Of a DNA stretch of 64,000 bases, positions 50,782 through 59,867 are shown one piece after another; positions within the stretch are counted from its first letter, which is position 1; every line of letters begins with the position of its first letter. The notes beneath the pieces are model-generated. The model was not told where the DNA came from and did no database searches. It was given only the letters and a program-made list of their open reading frames with translations. A program made the position numbers and the translations under genes. The DNA comes from Synechococcales cyanobacterium OTE_75_metabat_409 (GTDB lineage: Bacteria > Cyanobacteriota > Cyanobacteriia > Cyanobacteriales > Chamaesiphonaceae). The stretch covers positions 186 to 64,185 of the forward strand of contig JANNEH010000124.1 in assembly GCA_031378405.1 (NCBI GenBank). The letters are read 5' to 3'.

Positions 50782-51090
50782 TTACATGCGGAATCTTTCC
50801 ACATCTTCGGTGTAACGGATCGGCAATACAAACTCTAAGTTTTCGTGAGGACGAGCAATGATGTGAGTGGAAACTATTTCACAACCCATCACCCGCTTGG
50901 CGGACTCCACACCAGCAGCAACAGAAGCCTGTACTTCAGATACATCACCGCGCACGATGACAATAACTCGGGCACTACCAATTTTCTCGTAACCCACCAG
51001 GGTCACGCGAGCTGCTTTAACCATGGCATCAGCAGCTTCTACAAGCGCCGGGAAACCTTTGGTCTCAATCATTCCAATTGCAATAGACAT
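50782..51090 (-). CDS. ccmK: carboxysome shell protein CcmK (102 aa)
   Basis: BMC domain; first gene of the operon. Confidence 0.9.
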   Translation of the reverse strand: MSIAIGMIETKGFPALVEAADAMVKAARVTLVGYEKIGSARVIVIVRGDVSEVQASVAAGVESAKRVMGCEIVSTHIIARPHENLEFVLPIRYTEDVERFRM

Positions 51091-51399
51091 TCTTAGAGGA
51101 ACTCCTCAATATTAATTCAGTTAGCTATTTCTTTATTTCTAGCGCACTGTTGAACCAGGTTTCACAGACACGAAAAGAGCGAGCTTAAGCTGGACTTAGC
51201 AAAAGCTAGACATTTTCGGAAAATTAGCAAAGCCTAAAATTGCACGAGCGCCACGATCAACAATACAGTTTAGGTGTTCAATTTGGCAATATAATAAACA
51301 ATTATTCTTTTTGATTTTGGCTATAAGCTAGCCTGATAACTGCTGATGGCTGATTGTTCTCTAGTTTTAAGCTTAAAGTGCAGTAGAATCGCAAAAAAC

Positions 51400-51415
51400 A
51401 TAGTATTGACTCTAT
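51400..51415. promoter_or_regulatory. ATAG-N8-CTAT dyad, candidate LysR-type (NdhR/CcmR-like) operator in the ccmK / ndhF3 divergent region
   Basis: The sequence atag-tattgact-ctat was read directly. It lies about 250 nt upstream of the ndhF3 start. The link to NdhR rests on my recollection of the published motif. Confidence 0.3.
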
Positions 51416-51665
51416 GATAAAGTTAAAATACCAAGGTTGATACATCAATATAATAGCCTTAGTAGAATTTCGCTCTTTGGAGTCAGATGCTATCCACTAT
51501 TGCAAAATCTCCGAATTAGCTTGAGATAGTTGAAGAAATGTGAAACACTGTTAAGAACCTTAAAACAATTTGGCCTCTTGCGTTCAGCCTTCATCGGAGC
51601 TGGTTCAGGTTGGCCTAAAAAATCACCTTTTAACACTTTTACATATAATTAATTGGGCACAATTT

Positions 51666-53498
51666 ATGGAGCATCTGCTGATAGACACTGGCTGGTGGAT
51701 ACCTTGTTATGGCTTCGTTGGAGCTATCTTGACTATTCCCTGGGTGACTAGATTGGTGCGGCGGACGGGGCCAAGACCAGCGGCCTATTTGAATATTTTG
51801 ATGACAGTACTGGCCTTTATTCATGGCAGTTTGCTGTTTAGCCAAGTATGGAATCACACTCCTTACCATTTAGTCTTTAATTGGTTGACGGTGGCTGGCC
51901 TAGAGCTGAATTTGACCTTTGAGTTGTCTGCTGTGACCGTGGGAGCGATGGAATCGGTAACCGGTCTGAGCTTGTTGGCTCAACTGTTTGCCTTGGGCTA
52001 TATGGAAAAAGACTGGGCATTGGCTAGGTTCTTTGCTTTGGTGGGCTTTTTTGAAGGAGCAATGAGTGCAGTAGCCATCAGCAATTCACTGCTAGTTAGC
52101 TATGGTTTGCTGGAACTGCTAACTCTTTCCACATACCTATTAGTGGGTTTTTGGTATGCCCAACCCCTGGTAGTCAAAGCAGCTAGAGATGCTTTTTTGA
52201 CCAAGCGAGCGGGCGATATTATTTTGTTTACTGGGGTAATTGCTCTATCGAGTATGGCTGGCAGCCTAGACTTTGGTGATTTGTATGAGTGGTGTGAAAC
52301 CACCAATATTTCGATGTTGACAAAGACCTTGATTGGCTTGGCCCTGATTGCTGGCCCGATCGGCAAGTGTGCGCAATTTCCCTTGCACCTGTGGCTCGAT
52401 GAAGCCATGGAGGGGCCAAACCCGGCTTCGATTTTGCGGAACTCAGTGGTGGTGACGGGTGGAGCTTATATTTTGATCAAGGTTCACCCAATTTTGTATT
52501 TGTCACCGTTTGTTACCAATACTTTGATTGTGATTGGGACAGTGACGGCTATTGGTGCTACTTTGGTGTCGATCGCCCAAATAGATATCAAACGCACTAT
52601 TTCTTATTCCACCAGCGCTTACCTGGGCTTGGTCTTTATCGCGGTAGGAGCAAATTGGCTTGGTTTTGCGTTTTTCTTACTGTTTGCTCACGCGATCGCC
52701 AAAGCATTGATTTTTATGAGCATCGGCTGTGTAATTTTGACTACCAATAATCAAAATGTAACAGAATATGGCGGCTTGGGTAAGAGTATGCCCGCTACCA
52801 CTATTGCGTATGTTGTGGGCAGTTTGGCGATGACCGGCGTGTTTCCTTTCGGTGGCTTTTGGGCATTCCAAGACAGTTTCAAAGGCTTCTGGGCAGAGTA
52901 TCCTTGGGTAGTTGGAGTGGTATTGCTAGTTAATTGTTTGACCACTTTTAACTTGACTCGGGTGTATGGTTTGGTATTTTTGGGTAAAACTCAGCCCAAA
53001 ACCCGGCGAGCACCGGAAGTGCCTTGGCCACTAGCTTTACCCATGGTATTTTTGACCATTTTTACTTTAATGGCTCCGATCGTCATGTTCAAACTAGGTT
53101 TATTACCAGATTTGGATGATATTAGCCTGTTGCAGCTCGGCTCGATTAGTTCATCCAGTTTATTGGGGTTTGGAACAGGGGCCTGGTTATATTTCAACCC
53201 CGATCGGCAACCGATGAAGTTTCCTTTCCCTCTGGTACAAGAATGGCTAGCAGAAGACTTCTATACCGAGAATTTTTACAATATTTCGATCGTTTGGTTG
53301 ATTTCCCAGCTTTCTCAGCTTACGGCTTGGATCGATCGGTATGTGATTGAAGGCTTAGTAAACTCAGTGGGTGTGGCTACAATTTTGGGCAGTGAAGGCT
53401 TGAAATATGGCACATCTGGACAAGTTCAGAGCTATTTTTTCACGATTACCCTAGGAGCAGGTGCGCTGGGCTTAATGGTAGCTTGGCTGTTCTGGTAG
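51666..53498 (+). CDS. ndhF3: NDH-1MS subunit NdhF3 (CO2-uptake type)
   Basis: NuoL/NdhF-type polytopic protein placed immediately upstream of ndhD3-cupA. The start is trimmed to the ATG at 51666. Confidence 0.85.
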   Translation: MEHLLIDTGWWIPCYGFVGAILTIPWVTRLVRRTGPRPAAYLNILMTVLAFIHGSLLFSQVWNHTPYHLVFNWLTVAGLELNLTFELSAVTVGAMESVTGLSLLAQLFALGYMEKDWALARFFALVGFFEGAMSAVAISNSLLVSYGLLELLTLSTYLLVGFWYAQPLVVKAARDAFLTKRAGDIILFTGVIALSSMAGSLDFGDLYEWCETTNISMLTKTLIGLALIAGPIGKCAQFPLHLWLDEAMEGPNPASILRNSVVVTGGAYILIKVHPILYLSPFVTNTLIVIGTVTAIGATLVSIAQIDIKRTISYSTSAYLGLVFIAVGANWLGFAFFLLFAHAIAKALIFMSIGCVILTTNNQNVTEYGGLGKSMPATTIAYVVGSLAMTGVFPFGGFWAFQDSFKGFWAEYPWVVGVVLLVNCLTTFNLTRVYGLVFLGKTQPKTRRAPEVPWPLALPMVFLTIFTLMAPIVMFKLGLLPDLDDISLLQLGSISSSSLLGFGTGAWLYFNPDRQPMKFPFPLVQEWLAEDFYTENFYNISIVWLISQLSQLTAWIDRYVIEGLVNSVGVATILGSEGLKYGTSGQVQSYFFTITLGAGALGLMVAWLFW

Positions 53499-53521
53499 TT
53501 TTTCAAAAGTAATGTTTTCGG

Positions 53522-55021
53522 ATGGTAATTATGCTTAGTGTTTTATTAGTTGTTCCGATGATCGGTGCGGCGCTGGCAGCTTGGTGGCCGGGTCAAACCC
53601 GATCGATTGCTTCGGCAATCGCTTTGGCAGTGATTGGCTGGACAGTATTTTTGCTGACCCAGTTCAATTTGGGTGAGCCAGGGATGCAGTTTGTAGAAAA
53701 TTTTACCTGGATTGATTCTCTGGGTTTGTCTTATAAGTTGGGTATTGATGGTTTGTCTTTGCCGTTGGTGGCTCTCAACAGTCTGTTGACCTGGGTGGCT
53801 ATTTATAGCAGTGATGAAAAAGTCGATCGGCCACGTCTGTACTACAGTCTTATACTGTTATTGAATGCGGCGGTGACTGGGGTATTTTTGGCGCAAGATT
53901 TATTGCTGTTCTTTATTTCTTATGAGCTAGAGTTGATTCCTCTGTATCTGCTGATTGCAATTTGGGGTGGCCAGAAGCGCGCCTATGCTGCCACCAAGTT
54001 TTTGATCTATACCGCTTTGTCGGGGGCATTAATTTTAGCTGCTTTCTTGGGATTAGCTTGGTTAGGTGGTAGCAATAGTTTTACTTATAACCCGGCTTTG
54101 GCTCATGCTTTGCCCTTGAGCCAGCAGTTTTTGTTGTTAGGGGCTTTACTTTTGGGCTTTGGCATCAAGATGCCGCTGTTTCCTTTTCATACTTGGTTAC
54201 CCGATGCTCACGTCGAGGCTTCTACTCCGATTTCAGTATTACTGGCAGGAGTGTTGTTAAAACTCGCTACTTATGGAATTTTGCGATTTTGTGTAGGTCT
54301 GTTTCCTGATGCCTGGCAAGTGGCGGCTCCCTGGTTGGCGATCTGGGCGATCGTGAGTGTGTTGTATGGAGCGTTGATGGCGATCGCCCAAAAAGACATG
54401 AAAAAGATGGTAGCCTATAGCTCTGTTAGTCATATGGGCTATATTTTACTGGCCGCAGCAGCCAATACCCCGTTGAGTTTTTCGGCAGCGATGATTCAGA
54501 TGGTCAGCCATGGTTTAATCTCAGCGGCGCTGTTTCTGTCGGTGGGTGTGGTCTACAAAAAAGCTGGCACCCGCGACATTAGGGTGCTAGAAGGTTTGCT
54601 GAACCCCGAACGTGGAATGCCCGTGATTGGCAGCTTGATGATATTGGGTGTAATGGCCAGCGCCGGAATTCCTGGAATGGTCGGGTTTGTCGCGGAGTTT
54701 CTGATTTTTCGTAGTACTTTTCCGGTATTTCCTATCCCAACCTTGCTTTGCATGATTGGTACTGGTTTAACAGCGGTTTATTATTTACTGCTAATTAACA
54801 AAGCCTTTTTTGGTCGTCTGTCTCCGCAAGTTCAAGACCTCGAAGCTGTAACTTGGCGGGAACGTTACCCTGCGATGATTTTAACCGGGGCAATTATCTT
54901 ATTCGGCTTTGTGCCTGGTTGGATTACCCGTTGGAGTGAACCCACTATTTTAGCTACACTACAACCCCCAGCTATTGTTGCTGCTGTTGCCACTATTACT
55001 ACCCCTGATCTTCAGCCATGA
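53522..55021 (+). CDS. ndhD3: NDH-1MS subunit NdhD3
   Basis: NuoM/NdhD-type protein (FPFHTWLPDAHVEASTP) between ndhF3 and cupA. Confidence 0.85.
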   Translation: MVIMLSVLLVVPMIGAALAAWWPGQTRSIASAIALAVIGWTVFLLTQFNLGEPGMQFVENFTWIDSLGLSYKLGIDGLSLPLVALNSLLTWVAIYSSDEKVDRPRLYYSLILLLNAAVTGVFLAQDLLLFFISYELELIPLYLLIAIWGGQKRAYAATKFLIYTALSGALILAAFLGLAWLGGSNSFTYNPALAHALPLSQQFLLLGALLLGFGIKMPLFPFHTWLPDAHVEASTPISVLLAGVLLKLATYGILRFCVGLFPDAWQVAAPWLAIWAIVSVLYGALMAIAQKDMKKMVAYSSVSHMGYILLAAAANTPLSFSAAMIQMVSHGLISAALFLSVGVVYKKAGTRDIRVLEGLLNPERGMPVIGSLMILGVMASAGIPGMVGFVAEFLIFRSTFPVFPIPTLLCMIGTGLTAVYYLLLINKAFFGRLSPQVQDLEAVTWRERYPAMILTGAIILFGFVPGWITRWSEPTILATLQPPAIVAAVATITTPDLQP

Positions 55022-56139
55022 CTTTTACTACTTCTCGTCATCCCTTAGCATCTTATATCGATCGCTTCTATAATGGCCAAAGCTTATTGCCCGATAACCC
55101 TAACAATGTGAAAGAAGTCGTCGGCATCTTAGAAAGCTATGGTTATGTTTTGGAAGCATATCAAGAAAATCTGCAACACATTGCCGATCGAGAGTTTCTC
55201 ACAGTTTTTCCGTTCTTTAAATATTTCAATAATGGAGTATCTAGTGGCCAGCTATTCAAGCATTTGGCACATGATCGAATTAATTTTGAATATGCCGAAT
55301 ACTGCATGAAGGTAATGCTATGGCATGGCGGTGGCAGGTTAGAGGAGTATGTGGAGTCTCCAGAATTTCGGCAATCAATTGAGCTGGCAATTCAAGCCAA
55401 GATTAAAGGTAAGCCAATAATTCAACTATTGCACCGTTTTTTTCCGGAGTTTTTGCCAGAACAAGTTCGCCAATCGGTTTACTATAACGCTCTTGGCCAA
55501 TTTTGGCAGGTGATGTATGCAATATTTTTGAACTTGGGTAAAGCTTATGATCAAGGCAAGATCACGACTATTCCAGAGGTGGTAAATTTCATTAAAGCTG
55601 GATTGGTGGCAGCGGCAGGTAATCCCATAGTTTATGCGGTACAAATTGCTGGTCACAGCTATGATATTTTGCCTCGATCGGCGAATCTGACTTTTTTGAT
55701 GGATGTAGCTGTGCCTTATGTAGAAGCAGTTTTCTTTCGCGGCACCCCATTTTTGGGGACGGTTTCTTATAATGCTCAGGCTGGAGAAATACCATTGGAG
55801 CAAAATGCTTTCACTTATGGTGCTCTGTATGCCGATCCGCTGCCGATCGGAGGTTCTGGGATTCCCCCAACATTATTGATGCAAGACATGCGCCATTATT
55901 TGCCAGATTATCTGCACCAGATATATCAAAGCACTAAGCGTCAGGAAAATGATTTACTGGTCAAAATCTGTCAGAGTTTCCAAAAATCAATGTACTGCGT
56001 GACTAGCGCTACGATTTTGGGTCTGGCTCCCTATGATTTAAAGACTACCGATCCTCAAGAGCAAGCGAAAAACCTGGCTTATTTTGAGGGCTGGATGGAT
56101 CGCCTGCTTACTTCACAGTTGGCAAATATTCAAGGCTAG
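55018..56139 (+). CDS. cupA: CO2 hydration protein CupA (ChpY)
   Basis: 373 aa at the conserved position after ndhD3 (ATGA overlap). The N-terminus HPLASYIDRFYNGQSLLPDNPNNVKEVVGILESYG has a ChpXY-like character. Confidence 0.8.
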   Translation: MTFTTSRHPLASYIDRFYNGQSLLPDNPNNVKEVVGILESYGYVLEAYQENLQHIADREFLTVFPFFKYFNNGVSSGQLFKHLAHDRINFEYAEYCMKVMLWHGGGRLEEYVESPEFRQSIELAIQAKIKGKPIIQLLHRFFPEFLPEQVRQSVYYNALGQFWQVMYAIFLNLGKAYDQGKITTIPEVVNFIKAGLVAAAGNPIVYAVQIAGHSYDILPRSANLTFLMDVAVPYVEAVFFRGTPFLGTVSYNAQAGEIPLEQNAFTYGALYADPLPIGGSGIPPTLLMQDMRHYLPDYLHQIYQSTKRQENDLLVKICQSFQKSMYCVTSATILGLAPYDLKTTDPQEQAKNLAYFEGWMDRLLTSQLANIQG

Positions 56140-56194
56140 TTGAGCGAACAGCTTATTTGCTACTCCTTTCTATTCAACCAATCTGCCAACTCTT

Positions 56195-56314
56195 CTATAC
56201 CGGAAAAATCAAATATATCGCCCCTAGTCTTTCTATCTGATCCACGGGTAACGCTGAGATCTTTTCTGTGACATCTTCAATCAAATAACGATTTTTCAGC
56301 AGTTTCTCAGCCAT
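56195..56314 (-). CDS. 39-codon ORF, DUF2281-like antitoxin fragment (possibly decayed)
   Basis: Hand translation: MAEKLLKNRYLIEDVTEKISALPVDQIERLGAIYLIFPV*. Its first 10 codons and 5' leader lie in direct repeat A. Confidence 0.3.
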   Translation of the reverse strand: MAEKLLKNRYLIEDVTEKISALPVDQIERLGAIYLIFPV

Positions 56315-56356
56315 GGCCTTGTCGATTCACACAAATCAGCCCTTAGATTATGACAT
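56285..56356. repeat. 72-bp direct repeat, copy A
   Basis: ataacgatttttcagcagtttctcagccatggccttgtcgattcacacaaatcagcccttagattatgacat. It matches copy B at 70 of 72 positions, offset 1057 bp. Confidence 0.9.
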
Positions 56357-56587
56357 CTTGGCCACCAATAATTCTAGGCCAACAGAGTCGAAATCATACC
56401 TTGGACTAGCGCTTTGCCCTATCATCTTGAAGCTTTTCCCAAGCCGCCTCAGATCCAGGCTTGGGAGGCTGTGCCGCAATTCGAGCAATCAGTGTACGAT
56501 TATGCTCTTCAATCGAAAACGCAAAAAACGTTTCTCAGGTTTAGCAAGCTCTTGGCATGACACCATATATAGTGCTATAGTGATGTC

Positions 56588-57025
56588 ATGTCTGATTTTC
56601 CATTGTTGCGGGTTGTCATCGATACTAATATTGTGCTTGAGGGCCTTACCAAACAAGGTGGTGCCTCTGGACTAATTGTTGATGCTTGGCTTGCCGAAAT
56701 CATGGTAGTTTGTGTTTCTAATGCACTGGCCTATGAATATGAGGATGTATTATCTCGAAAGCTATCGAATATCCGCTGGACTGAACTGCAACCGGTATTA
56801 GGGAAACTTCTTGATGTTGCTCAATACACAAATATTTATTTTTCGTGGCGACCAGCTTCCCCAGATCCTGGTGACGATTTTGTCATTGATTGCGCTATGA
56901 ATGCGGGTTCGATCGTTGTTACATCGAATGTCCGAGATTTTCGGATTGCAAAGGAGTCGTTAGGATTACAAGTTTTGACCCCTGTAGAATTTGTGAGAAT
57001 ATTAGCATCAGGAGAAATAATATGA
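56588..57025 (+). CDS. PIN-domain toxin (PIN_3 / TIGR00305-like)
   Basis: LRVVIDTNIVLEGL...DDFVIDCAMNAGSIVVTSNVRDF. Confidence 0.8.
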   Translation: MSDFPLLRVVIDTNIVLEGLTKQGGASGLIVDAWLAEIMVVCVSNALAYEYEDVLSRKLSNIRWTELQPVLGKLLDVAQYTNIYFSWRPASPDPGDDFVIDCAMNAGSIVVTSNVRDFRIAKESLGLQVLTPVEFVRILASGEII

Positions 57026-57345
57026 GTAGATTAACATTACGATTACCTGAAACATTGCACCAGCAATTGAATAGTCTGGCCGAAAGTGAAGGTGTATCTC
57101 TGAATCAGTTCATTGTTTACGCTTTAACTCGGCAAACATCGTTAAATAGTGTGCTGCGAGTTGTCCCCGAATTAGAAGTTGAGCAACAGCAACACGCATT
57201 TAAGTTATTGAAAAAGCAGTTAGGGCAAGCTTCGCCTTCTGAGGTTGAGTCTGCTTTGGCTAACCGCGAACAAGTCGAACCAGAAGTAGTGCTGAGTGCT
57301 GATGTGGTAGCTCGTATCCAAGAGCGAATCACAAAAAGATCATAA
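57022..57345 (+). CDS. ribbon-helix-helix (CopG/HicB-type) antitoxin
   Basis: MSRLTLRLPETLHQQLNSLAESEGVSLNQFIVYAL. The ATGA overlaps the PIN gene stop. The start is trimmed from the track ORF 56890..57345. Confidence 0.75.
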   Translation: MSRLTLRLPETLHQQLNSLAESEGVSLNQFIVYALTRQTSLNSVLRVVPELEVEQQQHAFKLLKKQLGQASPSEVESALANREQVEPEVVLSADVVARIQERITKRS

Positions 57346-57413
57346 CGATTTTTCAGCAATTTCTCAGCCATGGCCTTGTCGATTCACACAAATCAGCCCT
57401 TAAATTATGACAT
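57342..57413. repeat. 72-bp direct repeat, copy B
   Basis: Two mismatches relative to copy A (positions 18 and 62 of the repeat). It overlaps the last 4 nt of the antitoxin gene. Confidence 0.9.
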
Positions 57414-57433
57414 GAATTTTACCTGGCTTATCC

Positions 57434-57460
57434 AAAAGGTGCGATGGTGTCGCACCTTTT
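57434..57460. terminator. perfect 11-bp-stem hairpin, possible bidirectional terminator
   Basis: AAAAGGTGCGA-tggtg-TCGCACCTTTT. Confidence 0.45.
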
Positions 57461-57801
57461 GAGTTGGTCGCATTGGGTAGATCTGCTCAAGTCAGAAGTT
57501 TTCAATCGTGCTGTTGTACTACTTGTGGCATCATCAAAGGATGATTCGCTCTAAAAGATTATAAAACTCGATACTTGATCAGGCTGATGATTTTTGTATT
57601 TTAGCCATCTAGGCGTAGGAATGTTCTTTTTCTCTACAAAAAAATTCCCACTGTCCAGCATCAAGGCGATCGGCAATTTTGGGAATACTTTAAGGTGATC
57701 ACCTGTTCCAAAAATAATGTCAGCCCAGTCACCACCAAAAAATATTTATTTGTTTAGAATCTTTGCCATGACTTGGGTCGGGCTTAGTGCTCTCATAAAA
57801 C

Positions 57802-58581
57802 TTAAACGTAGCGAGTTAAGTTGATTCGATAGCGTTCTTTTTTGGTAATCGCCACTTCACCAACTTCTAAGCGGCCTTTGCCACGCACTGCTACCAAGTC
57901 TCCAGCTTTGAGCTGAAATGCCGGTTGGCTGACATCTTTCCAATTCACCCGCACTTCGCCGCCGCTAACTAAATCGACCATTTTGCTGCGAGACATCCCG
58001 AAACCAGCCGAGGCGATCGCATCCAATCGCAGCGAAGCTTCCGTTGTGACCATTTCTTTCTTTTTTGGTTCACGAATACGCAGTTCACTTAGCTCGATCG
58101 GCTTGATTTTTACCGGCACTGATCGCACCTGAGTTAATGCTGCTGTCAAGTAATCCAACATCTCGGGCACAATAATTGCCTGGGCACCTTGATCGCCTGT
58201 TACGATTAAGTCGCCGGTTTTTTCCCGCACAATCCCGGCTCCCAGCATGGCTCCCAAAAAATCTCGATGGGTGGCAGAGTCAAACAAAAAGTTCCCAGCA
58301 ATTTGGATTGCCATCAATGGCACTGCTGTTGCATCTAAAGCTAACTCCGATCGGCAGATGCCAATCCGTTGTCGTTCAGCTTGGGGATAGCCGCCCCAAG
58401 GGAAAAGTTGAATTTCGGTGAGCCGACCAAGAATTCCGGTAATTTCTGCCAGTTCTGGGGGGGACAAAAAGTCGGTGACGGTCATTTCCCAGGTCTTGAT
58501 GGCACTCTCGGCAATATCGATCGATCGGGCTACTGTCTCGCGGTTTTCGGCTAGTTTTAGTAGGTCTTCTCTGGGCAGCAT
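57802..58581 (-). CDS. photosystem II S4 domain protein (YlmH-like RNA-binding protein)
   Basis: 259 aa with a C-terminal S4 domain (LRLDAIASAGFGMSRSKMVDLVSGGEVRVNW). Confidence 0.7.
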   Translation of the reverse strand: MLPREDLLKLAENRETVARSIDIAESAIKTWEMTVTDFLSPPELAEITGILGRLTEIQLFPWGGYPQAERQRIGICRSELALDATAVPLMAIQIAGNFLFDSATHRDFLGAMLGAGIVREKTGDLIVTGDQGAQAIIVPEMLDYLTAALTQVRSVPVKIKPIELSELRIREPKKKEMVTTEASLRLDAIASAGFGMSRSKMVDLVSGGEVRVNWKDVSQPAFQLKAGDLVAVRGKGRLEVGEVAITKKERYRINLTRYV

Positions 58582-58678
58582 GGTGGAATAGTCTTTGCGG
58601 TTGTTCTTTTACTCTAGGCGATCAAGAGGCGACATGAGATTATTACCTGACTCAGGGAAATAAATCTTCGGTTTTTTA

Positions 58679-59731
58679 CTACATAACAAATCGTCGATAG
58701 TCACAGGCTGACAATAAAGGATGAACTTGATTGAACAATAAATCAGCAATAATCTGCGCCGTAGCTGGAGCCAATAAAATACCATTGCGGTAGTGACCAG
58801 TCGCCAAAATTAAGCGCGGATCGGCACTAGAGCCTAAAATTGGTAACTCATCAGGCGTAGCCGGTCGAAATCCCCACCATTTTTCTACTACTGGATAGTT
58901 AGCTAAAGCCGGACAAAGCCGGATCGCCCGATCGAGTAATCCCTTCACCCCTTCAGAGGTATTGCCCGCCACAAACCCCACATCTTCACTGGTGGCACCA
59001 ATCACAATCCGCCCATCCCGGCGCGGCACAATATAAATTTCCTCTCCAAACAGCACTGTCGTTAACGGTAACGATTTTCTCTTTGGTACTTGCAAAGCAA
59101 TGAGCTGGCCTTTGCGCGGCACCACCGGCACCGGGAAGAGTTCCTGACTCCAAGCACCAGTGGCCAAGATGTATCGATCAGCCATTAACCCAGCCATTCC
59201 CTGAGATAAATCTGACAAATCTTTTGCCGTTACTGTTACCCCAGTTTGCACCTGCACCCCGGCTAATTCGGCAGCTACCTGGATCGATCGATACAAAGCC
59301 CGGTTATCTACCTGACCATCGGTATTGAACCAATAGCCACCAACCACTTCAGCACCCAAATTATCATCCATAGGCAAATGGCTAACTAACTGCTCTCTGG
59401 TCTGCCAAGCAAGCCCAGCATTAATAGGTTGATGATAACGAGGAGCCAAAATCCCGCATTCCCAATAGCCAGTATCGATGCCAGTAGCCATGGTCAGCTT
59501 GGTACTCCAGTCTGCATAGAGGCTGCGGCTGAAAGTACACAGATCGAGCAGTGCGCCAGGAGAGATTTCTTCGGCTTGGGGTGCCAACATCCCCGCCGCT
59601 GCATTGGCCGCAGCGCTTTGATGGTTTTGAGTAATTACGAGTACCGACAAACCACGCCAGCGCAGTTCTAGGGCGATCGACATTCCAATGATGCCTCCCC
59701 CAATGACGATTACCTCGGCTGATTTGGCCAT
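58679..59731 (-). CDS. thiO: glycine oxidase ThiO (FAD-dependent)
   Basis: VIVIGGGIIGMSIALEL Rossmann motif and GHYRNGILLAP near the C-terminus. The start is trimmed to the ATG at 59731. Confidence 0.75.
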   Translation of the reverse strand: MAKSAEVIVIGGGIIGMSIALELRWRGLSVLVITQNHQSAAANAAAGMLAPQAEEISPGALLDLCTFSRSLYADWSTKLTMATGIDTGYWECGILAPRYHQPINAGLAWQTREQLVSHLPMDDNLGAEVVGGYWFNTDGQVDNRALYRSIQVAAELAGVQVQTGVTVTAKDLSDLSQGMAGLMADRYILATGAWSQELFPVPVVPRKGQLIALQVPKRKSLPLTTVLFGEEIYIVPRRDGRIVIGATSEDVGFVAGNTSEGVKGLLDRAIRLCPALANYPVVEKWWGFRPATPDELPILGSSADPRLILATGHYRNGILLAPATAQIIADLLFNQVHPLLSACDYRRFVM

Positions 59732-59867
59732 CTCGAAACCCCAAAACTCCTTTTTCACCAGCAATTTTAACTGAACCTGAGCCGTAAATGCCGGTGTTCG
59801 TCAATCGCGTATAGAATAGGTGGGACGTTTCTGACCTGAAACGATTGATCTTTACAGCCAGTTTTGG

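Noticed and set aside
56313-56675. 120-aa plus-strand ORF after cupA, considered as a possible cupS.
   Set aside because: It is Cys/Arg/Leu-rich and non-protein-like. It lies antisense to TA gene fragments and overlaps the PIN gene start.
57480-57800. Start-less minus-strand frame (...GGDWADIIFGTGDHLKVFPKLPIALMLDSGNFFVEKKNIPTPRWLKYKNHQPDQVSSFIIF*).
   Set aside because: It looks like a C-terminal gene fragment, but there is no start codon and no family I can name. It is too weak to annotate.
59732-59867. TPP riboswitch upstream of thiO.
   Set aside because: The conserved CUGAGA and ACCUGAUCUGGAUAAUGCCAGCG-like elements are not present in the leader on the minus strand.
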